A stretch of 64,000 bases of DNA, taken from positions 1-64,000 of IMG/VR virus record IMGVR_UViG_3300027715_000011; one strand, given 5' to 3'. The notes beneath the pieces were generated by a model, which was given only the letters and a program-made list of their open reading frames with translations, made no database searches and had not been told where the DNA came from. The DNA is from a virus. Taxonomy: Duplodnaviria; Caudoviricetes. The translations under genes and the position numbers were made by a program. This document shows positions 29,267 through 37,700 of the stretch, piece after piece. Every line of letters starts with the position of its first letter. The stretch's first letter is position 1.

Positions 29267-30451
29267 TTAACTTGATTTGAAATTGTAAATGGGCTTAATA
29301 ATATCTATGATATCTACAGTATCTCCAATATACTTAGTGATCTCTTCCATTGGCTTGTATACAAATGGGCTTTCATCAATGGTGTTTTGATTTACTGATG
29401 TGGTAAAGATACCTTCCATAGACTTTTTGAAATCATCCAATTTGAATGTGCGCTTGGCTTCTTTACGACCCATAACTCTCCCTGCACCATGTGGAGCACT
29501 ATAATTCCAGTCAGGATTACCTTTACCTACTGCAATAATAGCACCATCACGCATATTCATTGGGATGATAACTTTCTCACCATTTTGCGCAGAAATTGCT
29601 CCTTTACGAAGGATCATGTGTTCAGTATCGATATAATTATGAACAGTCTCAAATTGGCTATCTACTGAAATACCAGGAACATTTCTAATGATCTCTTGTA
29701 ACATAGATTCCCGGTTGAGATGTGCATATATCTGTAACACCTTCATATCATGAATATAATCATCAAATGATACACCATCCAAAAACGCAAGATCATCGAC
29801 CAATGGATCTATTGTACTTAACTTTTCACCAATGAAAGATTTATCAATTGTATTATTAATAATCTCTGTTCTAATAGTGCTTTTTGTTTCACGGCACTCT
29901 TTAATTGCTAATTTCTGATAATATTCAGCAACCTGCTTCCCAATATTACGAGATCCTGAATGAATAATGAGATACACATCACCATTTTTATCAGAATCTA
30001 ATTCAATCATGTGGTTCCCTCCACCGAGAGTTCCAATTTGATAATAAGCTGATTCTAACCGTTTAAGATTATTTGCACACTTTAAATCACTTAAATTGAT
30101 ACCATTAGCAATAGGATGTATTGTCTTACGAGAATTAAATCCAGATGGTACACTTCTTCTCACCTGGTGATCAAATTCAGCAAAATCAATCGGTTTCTCA
30201 ATATTCAACTTTGCACAGATCACCCCACATGAAACATCCACACCTACCAAGTTTGGAGTGATTCTATCATGAATGGTCATGGTTGTACCAATTGTACATC
30301 CATTTCCTTCATGACAATCAGGCATCACTTTAATATTAGATTCGCAAGCAGCTTCATTATTACATAAATTTGTAATTTGTGCAATAGCACCATCTTCTAC
30401 CAAATCCGAATAGATCACGGCATTGGTATACTTACCATTAATTTCAATCAT
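29267..30451 (-). CDS. rtcB: RtcB 3'-phosphate RNA ligase
   Basis: VMPDCH.G.G..IG, VGVDVSCG, GTLGGGNH.IE, IHSGSRN.G, SAPHGAGR, ESPFVYK. Confidence 0.96.
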   Translation of the reverse strand: MIEINGKYTNAVIYSDLVEDGAIAQITNLCNNEAACESNIKVMPDCHEGNGCTIGTTMTIHDRITPNLVGVDVSCGVICAKLNIEKPIDFAEFDHQVRRSVPSGFNSRKTIHPIANGINLSDLKCANNLKRLESAYYQIGTLGGGNHMIELDSDKNGDVYLIIHSGSRNIGKQVAEYYQKLAIKECRETKSTIRTEIINNTIDKSFIGEKLSTIDPLVDDLAFLDGVSFDDYIHDMKVLQIYAHLNRESMLQEIIRNVPGISVDSQFETVHNYIDTEHMILRKGAISAQNGEKVIIPMNMRDGAIIAVGKGNPDWNYSAPHGAGRVMGRKEAKRTFKLDDFKKSMEGIFTTSVNQNTIDESPFVYKPMEEITKYIGDTVDIIDIIKPIYNFKSS

Positions 30452-30458
30452 GATATCC

Positions 30459-30695
30459 TTACATACCTGATTTATACTCTTTCACAAACCAGTCCTTTGC
30501 ACATTTCGATGGAGGTTGTTCCTGATACTCAGCATCTACTACAATAAACTCGCGAATGAGATATACAGAATTTCCGGTAGCATTCGCTATACCTTGAATT
30601 CGATTCTGATCTACCTCGTTATCTGTATCATACGATCCTTTCTCAAAGAATCCTTCCTTCTTTGACCAAAGTGCAGCATTCTCATACACTACCAT
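30459..30695 (-). CDS. Hypothetical protein
   Basis: 78-aa ORF from ATG 30695, between tRNA-Met and rtcB. Confidence 0.5.
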   Translation of the reverse strand: MVVYENAALWSKKEGFFEKGSYDTDNEVDQNRIQGIANATGNSVYLIREFIVVDAEYQEQPPSKCAKDWFVKEYKSGM

Positions 30696-30730
30696 ATATA
30701 TAATATGGAGAGAAAAGAAGATAAAAGTTA

Positions 30731-30804
30731 TGGGCGATATCGGGTTCGAACCGATGATCTCTCGGGTATGAGCCGAGTGCATTAACCAACTATGCTAAAC
30801 GCCC
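30731..30804 (-). tRNA. tRNA with CAT anticodon (elongator Met or Ile2)
   Basis: GGGCGTT/ATCGCCC acceptor, CTCGG-CTCATAC-CCGAG, T loop TTCGAAC; lacks initiator features. Confidence 0.88.
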
Positions 30805-30992
30805 GACAAGTTCCCCTTACCCACCCTCGTTTGATCGTAATCATCGCATTGGTATTAACATTAAATTATACACATTACACAAATAACAATATGGAACTGA
30901 ATTGTAAATTATGATTTGGTTCCTTCAATATCCAATTAATCATTGTGTGGTTTATGCAATCGCCTTACTTACAAACTACCAAACTTGTTTAA

Positions 30993-31286
30993 TTAATCAT
31001 GAATGATCCTGATCCCATACTGCTCCGCTACAGTATGTTCAATACAGCAACCCCTAGCCTTATTCCATCCTTCCATGAAATATGCAGCATCTGATTGTGC
31101 TAGCATCTGTATTGATTTCCCTAGGTACCATGCTCCCATTGCAGATGTTTCAGGAGCGTCTTCAGCAATGATAGAGTCAATTACCTCATCTCCATTATCA
31201 GTAATGAATTTAACTACTTGATCTCGTTAATACCTGATCTGTTCATTTGACATCCCTAACATTGGTTGACTGATGAATACTTTCAT
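30993..31286 (-). pseudogene. DUF4406-like (nucleoside deoxyribosyltransferase-fold) gene with an in-frame TAA at codon 20
   Basis: Reads MKVFISQPMLGMSNEQIRY*RDQVV...YLGKSIQMLAQSDAAYFMEGWNKARGCCIEH; stop at 31227-31229; absent from the ORF track. Confidence 0.75.
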
Positions 31287-31287
31287 A

Positions 31288-31752
31288 TTATCCCTCGATC
31301 AGTTCTGTTTTCCAGTTCATTTCCTGGAGTTTTGTATCAATAGTTCGGAATTCTGATGCTACTTTATCTGCTTTATCTCGGTAATCAGAAACATTTATCG
31401 TTGTAATAGTTCTAATTTCAGTTCTTGAGTACCTTGATATTCCGGCATTTGATGCCTGATTTGCAATACTTGAGTAGAATTCATGTTCTGATTTAAGGCG
31501 ATCCCGGTGAGCAATCGCATCTGATATAGACATTGCATCATCGAATGCTGTCTGTGAGTTGATTTTATTGATACATCTAACCAGATATTCCATCCTGGAT
31601 AGCACTGACCTGATATCAGTTAAGATCTCAAGTGGTTTTTCAGATGGTTCTTCACCTTCCTGCACAACTACACAACTTGACATTCTACTCTTTAATTCGT
31701 TGAACTTCTTTTGTGCATCTGCACGTTCAATCAATGCTTCGGCAAGTCTCAT
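31288..31752 (-). CDS. DIP1984-family helical protein
   Basis: MRLAEALIERAD.QKK...L..R, VQEGEEPSE.P, IN..N, R.IDT.LQE.NW..EL. Confidence 0.8.
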   Translation of the reverse strand: MRLAEALIERADAQKKFNELKSRMSSCVVVQEGEEPSEKPLEILTDIRSVLSRMEYLVRCINKINSQTAFDDAMSISDAIAHRDRLKSEHEFYSSIANQASNAGISRYSRTEIRTITTINVSDYRDKADKVASEFRTIDTKLQEMNWKTELIEG

Positions 31753-31767
31753 TATACACCTTTGAGA

Positions 31768-31840
31768 AGCCAGATGTGAGATTCGGACTCACGATCTCCT
31801 GTTTACAGGACAGGTGCCTTAACCACTAGGCTAATCTGGC
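31768..31840 (-). tRNA. trnT: tRNA-Thr(TGT) with C33 and C55
   Basis: GCCAGAT/ATCTGGC acceptor, U73, CCTGT-CCTGTAA-ACAGG, T loop TCCGAAT. Confidence 0.85.
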
Positions 31841-31974
31841 AAATTGAGAGTATTATACAGACTTTTATTCCTCTCATATCCATGATCGACGATAACATTA
31901 CTAACAAGCGGATATTACACAGTGCCCTCCTTAAACACATAAGTAACTCGTTAGCATGCTTTTTCTGCATGGAA

Positions 31975-32050
31975 TCCGGTTGCTCGGATTTGAACCGAGG
32001 GTAATACAGGATCTACAGTCCCGCCCGTTCGACCACTCTGGCACAACCGG
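31975..32050 (-). tRNA. trnY: tRNA-Tyr(GTA), archaeal type
   Basis: C1:G72 acceptor CCGGTTG/CAACCGG, A73, loop CTGTAGA, no long variable arm. Confidence 0.9.
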
Positions 32051-32067
32051 TACATTATGTTTCTCTG

Positions 32068-32135
32068 GTGACTGCTCCCACGACTAAAGTCATGGGCTTC
32101 TGGGATTCTATACCGTGCTATACAGCCCTAGAGCA
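32068..32135 (-). mobile_element. Orphan IS200/IS605 right end / omegaRNA-like remnant
   Basis: Minus strand ...GCTCTAGGGCTGTATAGCACGGTATAGAATCCCAGAAGCCCATGACTTTAGTCGTGGGAGCAGTCAC, collinear with the 3' end of the tnpB at 33420-33498. Confidence 0.75.
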
Positions 32136-32256
32136 AGGCAGACATGTCTGCCAGAAACTATCAGTACAAACAGATGATCCAGTTTCTTCCACTTTGATCT
32201 TAAGGTGTGTCCAATCTGTTATACATATGTTGGATCTAATAAAAGATAAACTTTAT

Positions 32257-33498
32257 GCCATTCATCTCACTTCTTTAGATGTGAGATGAATTGAGTAGAT
32301 AGAGATAAGTATAAATATTAAGCGGTACAATTATAATGTGCAATGTCGCTTAAAGCGTATAAGTTCAGAATATATCCTACCAAGGCGCAAGAGACTGTGT
32401 TAGAACAGACTCTTGAGACGTGCCGTAGAATATATAACAGGACATTAGCTTTAAGAAAAGATGAGTATGAAGCAACAAAAACCTCTATTTCTCTGTTTGA
32501 AACCAACAAACAGTTGACTCAGTGGAAGAAACAAAACCCGTTTTATTTATCTAAAGTACATTCTCAGGTATTGCAGAATGTTCAGGTTAGAGTAGATTTA
32601 GCATTTCAAGGTTTCTTCCGTAGAGTCAAGATAGATCCAACTAATGCAGGGTATCCACGGTTTAAGGGACGCGGTAGATATAACTCTATCACGTATCCTC
32701 AACCCGGTACTGCATTCAGATTAAGATCTGGGTACATTGAACTCTCGAAGATCGGTAAAGTTAAGGTTAAACAGCACAGAGCAGTAGAAGGTAACCCCAA
32801 AACCTGCACGGTTTCAAAGACATGTACCGGTAAATGGTTTATTTCTCTCGCCTGTGAACAAGAACCAAAACAGAAATCTGAACGAGAGTTTAAAGCAGTT
32901 GGTATTGATCTAGGAGTTAGAACTCTTTGCACTTTATCGAATGGTGATGAAGTTCAGCCGCCACGGTTCCTTATGCAGGATGAGCCTATCCTTAAAAAAG
33001 CACAACAAAAGTTAAGTGCTGCTGAAAAAGGGTCTAAACTTAGGAAGAAGTGTAAGAAGGTAGTTGCTCATATTCATGAACGAATAGCAAACAAACGGAA
33101 AGATTTCTGTGATAAGTTAAGTCTATCTTTAGTTCAGACCTACTCTTTTATTGCGTTTGAAGAACTTGAGATTGATGAAATGGTGCAGAGATCTGATTGT
33201 TATATTGAGAAACATATTCTGGATGCTGCATGGAACCAGTTAGTCAGTAAAACTCAGTGCAAAGCGGAAGATGCTGGTACAACGGTTATATTGGTTAACC
33301 CACGCAACACCACTAAAATGTGTTCTCAGTGTGGGACGTTAGTACCAAAAGATAGGAATGAAACGGTACATGACTGTCCTGCGTGTGGTCTCTCGTTAGG
33401 AAGAGACCATAACGCTGCAATCAACATACTCAGACTGGGGTTGCAGTCTGTGGGTTCAATCCCTAGATGCCCGTCACTTCAGTGATGGGAGTAATCAC
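32257..33498 (+). mobile_element. tnpB-only IS200/IS605-family element 2, inserted in the tRNA cluster
   Basis: TTTAT at 32252-56, then left-end hairpin ATTCATCTCAC/GTGAGATGAAT; right end ...GGGAGTAATCAC at 33498. Confidence 0.85.
32343..33485 (+). CDS. tnpB: TnpB RNA-guided endonuclease
   Basis: KAYKFRIYP, VGIDLGV, IAFEEL, CSQCG/CPACG, RDHNAAINI. Confidence 0.95.
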   Translation: MSLKAYKFRIYPTKAQETVLEQTLETCRRIYNRTLALRKDEYEATKTSISLFETNKQLTQWKKQNPFYLSKVHSQVLQNVQVRVDLAFQGFFRRVKIDPTNAGYPRFKGRGRYNSITYPQPGTAFRLRSGYIELSKIGKVKVKQHRAVEGNPKTCTVSKTCTGKWFISLACEQEPKQKSEREFKAVGIDLGVRTLCTLSNGDEVQPPRFLMQDEPILKKAQQKLSAAEKGSKLRKKCKKVVAHIHERIANKRKDFCDKLSLSLVQTYSFIAFEELEIDEMVQRSDCYIEKHILDAAWNQLVSKTQCKAEDAGTTVILVNPRNTTKMCSQCGTLVPKDRNETVHDCPACGLSLGRDHNAAINILRLGLQSVGSIPRCPSLQ

Positions 33499-33563
33499 GG
33501 ACACCCTCATATGGAGCAATTGATCGCTTAACGCTGATTCTCCATAGTTTCTGATACCAGAGA

Positions 33564-33633
33564 TGGACCACGTAGGAGTTGAACCTACATCACGAGTTTT
33601 GGAAACTCGTTTCCTGCCATTGGAGAATGATCC
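33564..33633 (-). tRNA. trnW: tRNA-Trp(CCA)
   Basis: GGATCAT/GTGGTCC acceptor, CGAGT-TTCCAAA-ACTCG, GTAGG-TTCAACT-CCTAC; compact D arm. Confidence 0.82.
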
Positions 33634-33771
33634 TATGAATCAGGCCTTGGGCCGAATTATTAGAGGTTTGTCCCGAAGCAGGCTCCTTTGCACCATGCTG
33701 TTGATCAAAATCCCATGACCGCTATCTGATCCATTATTATAATTGACTATAATAGTTATAAATCTTTTGTT

Positions 33772-34080
33772 TTACCAATTCACCTTCTCAATTGGATACC
33801 ATGTTCTATTTGCAGGATTTCTATGCCATTTCTGTATAGCCTCTTCAGGTGTTTTAAATTCTCCTGTCTGGCATCCACACCCATCATGATCTTTACAGTT
33901 TACGTAATAGTAATACTCGATATGACAATCCCCATATTCGATACACCAAACCTCTGATGGGCCATTACATAATGGACAACCAAGAAGAGCCTCTTTTAAT
34001 TCTATACAACAATGAGGACATACTGCAGTATCATCTGTTTCGATTGTATACCTACATTTAGGGCAGATTAATGTCTTCAT
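33772..34080 (-). CDS. Lar-like Zn-finger protein
   Basis: CPKC, CPHC and CPLCNG...C....C....G.FKTPEEAIQKW. Confidence 0.55.
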   Translation of the reverse strand: MKTLICPKCRYTIETDDTAVCPHCCIELKEALLGCPLCNGPSEVWCIEYGDCHIEYYYYVNCKDHDGCGCQTGEFKTPEEAIQKWHRNPANRTWYPIEKVNW

Positions 34081-34430
34081 CTTAACACCATAAAATTGCA
34101 ATGGTATTCAACATTAAAATCAGATGTTTTCTTTCGTGCAATATAACCGGTTATCTTCTTTCCACCAAAGATAGATGTATGAATCTCATCATCATGAATG
34201 ATATATTTATCAGATAACTCTTTAGTAAGTTTCTCTTCCTCTAAATAATCATGATTTATCATTTTACCGATGATATGAAATGATTTATCTTTTATTTCAA
34301 TTGTAGCGTTGACAACAAGAATATCTTTAGTTGGATCATATGTTGGCATATTATCTGTATTCATGAAAATAAAGATAGTATTATTCTTCCTTTCTTTAAG
34401 CATAATACCTTTAACGTTTTCAACGACCAT
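34077..34430 (-). CDS. Hypothetical protein
   Basis: 117-aa ORF in the minus-strand block. Confidence 0.5.
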   Translation of the reverse strand: MVVENVKGIMLKERKNNTIFIFMNTDNMPTYDPTKDILVVNATIEIKDKSFHIIGKMINHDYLEEEKLTKELSDKYIIHDDEIHTSIFGGKKITGYIARKKTSDFNVEYHCNFMVLR

Positions 34431-34581
34431 GTTTTACCTCCAGTCTTATACCATCTTGCGTTTCGATGATGTCAAAATCTACATTAGTATATTTATCAAT
34501 TTTTGCACTAATAGATTCTGATGGATCCAAACCTCTAAAATCACCAACACTTCCTTTTATAATTCCTTTTACCATAATAGA

Positions 34582-34669
34582 TGGGTCAGACCGGACTTGA
34601 ACCGGTGCGTTTACCCTTCGGTGGCAGATCTTAAGTCTGCTGGATTCTGCCAAGCTCTCCCACTGACCC
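34582..34669 (-). tRNA. trnL: tRNA-Leu(TAA)
   Basis: GGGTCAG/CTGACCC acceptor, GCAGA-CTTAAGA-TCTGC, long variable arm, T arm ACCGG-TTCAAGT-CCGGT, A73. Confidence 0.92.
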
Positions 34670-34706
34670 AATATAGTTAGAATAATTTCATATAAATAAT
34701 TTAGCA

Positions 34707-35037
34707 TTATGTATAGATCCTACCACACCCGGTGCATTTAAACATTTTATAAAATCCGGTGACATTATCATATTTGTGTGTAATAGTTTGTATAAACTGT
34801 ATTGGAGCGCTACACCATGTACATGTATGATTATTAGGGATATCTCCAGCAAATATCGCATTATTTAAGTTTTTACTGTACATAAATCATCCCACAACCA
34901 GGGCATTTATATAATGTAAAGAATCCTTTAACCAATTCATCTGGATCACAGGTAACATTATCTTTACATTCTAATAGAGATCCACACCTAGTGCAGATAT
35001 AATCTTCAGTGATAGCATCTGCATATATCATCTGCAT
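34707..35037 (-). CDS. Two tandem paralogous ~55-aa Zn-ribbon ORFs (34873-35037 and 34707-34883)
   Basis: Both read CT.C.........GF..(Y/F)KC.GCG.IY; the second is not in the ORF track. Confidence 0.6.
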
Positions 35038-35110
35038 AAATCTTTGATTTATACTATAATAATTATTTGAATACAAAATAATTATATACAATAACCTCCT
35101 ATCAGTAAAT

Positions 35111-36400
35111 ATGACAGAACTTATGGTGGCATCCCCGGTGGAAACCGGTCGCCAGATCATGAGTGAGATATTCAATAACCATACCATCAGGTTTGTTGAT
35201 GATGGCGATCGATGGGTCTCACTCACTGACATACGGAATGCTATTGGTATTGATCGAAGTACATCGGGAAAGATTGTTAAGCGAATTGAGTCAACTTTCC
35301 CCGGATGTTCAAGAGTGGACGTGGCGTCCACGCTAGGAGAGACTGATCCACTCAGGGCAATTCAGAAAGAGACGGTGCTGAACAAAGAGGGTGTTGTGCA
35401 TTACTTCCAGATGATGCATGTCGAACGACTGTCCAACCCAAACGTGAAGGCAAACTGTATTGCATTTCAGAAGTGGGTTGCTACATTCATCGGCAATGTC
35501 CTGTCCGGTGACCTTGCAGTACTCGATACCCCTGCAGTAACAGCGCACAGTATTGCATCTGGTATCTACCTTCAGCAGCTTAAGATCGGGAAAGAGATGG
35601 TACGCTCCCATTTCATCCAGACCGAGCAGATGCATATCATGGCACTGAAGAAGGCCGAGGTGGATTCAGGTGTTGATCTGAGTTGCTGGTACTCCATCAT
35701 CCCGCAGGAGCATGTATTCTATGATACGCTCAATGCAACCGAGATCGGGGAACAACTTGAACCTGCATTACCGGCGCGAAAGGTGAATATGCTCTTACAG
35801 GAGCACGGGTTCATCAGAAAGATCGGAGAGGGTGAATGGGAGATTACCGATAAAGGTATCCAATATGGAAAGTCGGTACCTGTGCATAAGTCTCTCCCTG
35901 CACTGATCGCATCTGAACATAATCCGGTGATCAGAAAACCACGGTGGATGAGAAGTATCGTTGATGTACTGCAACAGATCATCAACCCTGATATCCATGA
36001 AGAGCCGGTGCAGGTCCCACAACTTCCAGAACCAGAGGTGCCTGATGTGGTGCCACCAGTTCAGGATGCCATACTGGGTGATCTGGTCTATAACGGCACG
36101 CCTATCAGGATCCTGAAAGGCATGGTATCCACCTATGATATCATGCGTGCAGCTGGATTCACCAATGCACATCTCCAGCACGCATTAAGCATCCTATGCA
36201 GGAACTACCCGGCGTTATGCTACGAATGCACGCTCGCGGATCTTGGAGAGAAAGAGTATGACAAATCCACCAGGGATGAAGTACTACTCAGCAAGAAGGG
36301 TGTTCAGATCCTGTTTGACCTCATCCCGGCTTCATCGGTACCATCAGTAAATGAGGCGACGCTGAAAGTGAAAATGATGGTATTATCAAAACTTAATTAA
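35111..36400 (+). CDS. Bro-N / antirepressor-like multidomain DNA-binding protein
   Basis: FNNHTIRFV...WVSLTDI..AIG, FQKWV, and a KilAC-like LNATEIG...ARKVN.LL...GF...WEITDKG segment. Confidence 0.75.
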   Translation: MTELMVASPVETGRQIMSEIFNNHTIRFVDDGDRWVSLTDIRNAIGIDRSTSGKIVKRIESTFPGCSRVDVASTLGETDPLRAIQKETVLNKEGVVHYFQMMHVERLSNPNVKANCIAFQKWVATFIGNVLSGDLAVLDTPAVTAHSIASGIYLQQLKIGKEMVRSHFIQTEQMHIMALKKAEVDSGVDLSCWYSIIPQEHVFYDTLNATEIGEQLEPALPARKVNMLLQEHGFIRKIGEGEWEITDKGIQYGKSVPVHKSLPALIASEHNPVIRKPRWMRSIVDVLQQIINPDIHEEPVQVPQLPEPEVPDVVPPVQDAILGDLVYNGTPIRILKGMVSTYDIMRAAGFTNAHLQHALSILCRNYPALCYECTLADLGEKEYDKSTRDEVLLSKKGVQILFDLIPASSVPSVNEATLKVKMMVLSKLN

Positions 36401-36426
36401 TCTTTATCTCTTTTTACTACGTAACC

Positions 36427-37323
36427 TTGAGTATGGTCAAGGTTGCTCTGAACACAATAGATGGCACATTCAACCTATCAAAGATAGGGTATACATGGCT
36501 GATCACCCATAAAGGCTGGTTCTTCTCAGGTTATTTACCAACCGAAGCCGAGGTAACAACTGAACTTACCAGGGTAACAACATTACTTGCACAGAAAGAT
36601 CTGGTGATAACCACATCATATACCGGTGAAGGTACTATCACACTCAGTAACTCAACCCCAAAGACCGGGGATGATGTAACGGTATCAATAGTCCCGGGAA
36701 CCGGATACTATATCAGTTCAGTGCTGGTAGACGGGGAAGAGCGGGGATCGGTATCATTGATAAAGCTGAACTCATTATCAGTAAATCATACAATAGCGAT
36801 TACATTTACATTAAAGCCTGATATTATCACTCCTGCTATTATTACGGCCATGACTGAAGGCGGTGTTATTACAACTCCGGGAACTCATTATGTTGAGGCA
36901 GGCACCAACTATATTGTTGCATTACGCCCATCTGACGGGTATACTGTAGATTATATCATGGTTGATGCTATTGAGATCATATCGCCGGTGTATAACGCTG
37001 ACGGATCCTATACCACTCAGTTTACTAATATCACCGAGAACCATACGGTATTTGTAGCATTTAAAAAGATAGATGCCTCTGTGCTGGTAACCGATAGTGT
37101 CAAGATCATATACGAAGACAAGTACGGGCAGTGGCAGACAAACGTCGATGATCGTACCGACGTTGATCGTATTGCGTGTATTGAGGCGTTAGGCACCGTT
37201 GCCAATGGAGATTATGCAGTGCTTGAGGTTGCAACTGTGCCAGATACAGTCTCTAAATGGTATGTAAAGCGTAATTGTAAGGGTGGAGAGGTCGTTACAG
37301 AGTCGTATAATACATGGGGATGA
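36427..37323 (+). CDS. Paralog of 26286-27194 (viral domain with inserted Ig-like repeats)
   Basis: Same N-terminal KVALNT...F.LS, two beta repeats, and C-terminal R.D.DRIACIE.LG..A.G...VP..W.V.R.C.GGE. Confidence 0.7.
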   Translation: MSMVKVALNTIDGTFNLSKIGYTWLITHKGWFFSGYLPTEAEVTTELTRVTTLLAQKDLVITTSYTGEGTITLSNSTPKTGDDVTVSIVPGTGYYISSVLVDGEERGSVSLIKLNSLSVNHTIAITFTLKPDIITPAIITAMTEGGVITTPGTHYVEAGTNYIVALRPSDGYTVDYIMVDAIEIISPVYNADGSYTTQFTNITENHTVFVAFKKIDASVLVTDSVKIIYEDKYGQWQTNVDDRTDVDRIACIEALGTVANGDYAVLEVATVPDTVSKWYVKRNCKGGEVVTESYNTWG

Positions 37324-37363
37324 TAGCGATAATATTATATACTTACATTAAAAAACAACACAT

Positions 37364-37669
37364 TTGATATTTATGGATCTTACACTATTTACACCGATCA
37401 TCGGTGCCATGGTCTATGCGATCGTCGGACTGGTCAGGTCAATACCTGCCGGAGATGATATCTCTGCACCAAAGTTCATTGTGACTATTATTGTCGGAGC
37501 AGCCGCAGGATATGTCATGATGATGAACGGCATTACCGTTACTGATGCAAGTTTCACTGCTGAGATGGCAAACAACTCTGCGCTCTACCTTGCAGTCACC
37601 TATGTAGCTAATAAACTGGTATCCTTCGTCTACGATTTCATTAATAGCAGGAAAGCAGTTACAGCATAA
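37364..37669 (+). CDS. Small integral membrane protein (holin-like, tentative)
   Basis: Three hydrophobic helices in 101 aa and a basic C-terminus. Confidence 0.55.
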   Translation: MIFMDLTLFTPIIGAMVYAIVGLVRSIPAGDDISAPKFIVTIIVGAAAGYVMMMNGITVTDASFTAEMANNSALYLAVTYVANKLVSFVYDFINSRKAVTA

Positions 37670-37700
37670 CTTATTTATCCTTTTTTAGCGTATATAATCC

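Noticed and set aside
32068-33498. A single composite element with inverted terminal repeats
   Set aside because: The tnpB element has its own left end at 32257 after TTTAT, so the inverted right end at 32068 is a separate remnant.
33640-33760. Possible additional tRNA or ncRNA upstream of tRNA-Trp
   Set aside because: Only weak short stems; no T arm or acceptor stem.
28946-34669. tRNA introns (BHB) as a reason for RtcB
   Set aside because: All seven tRNA genes are contiguous and normal in length; no bulge-helix-bulge insertions seen.
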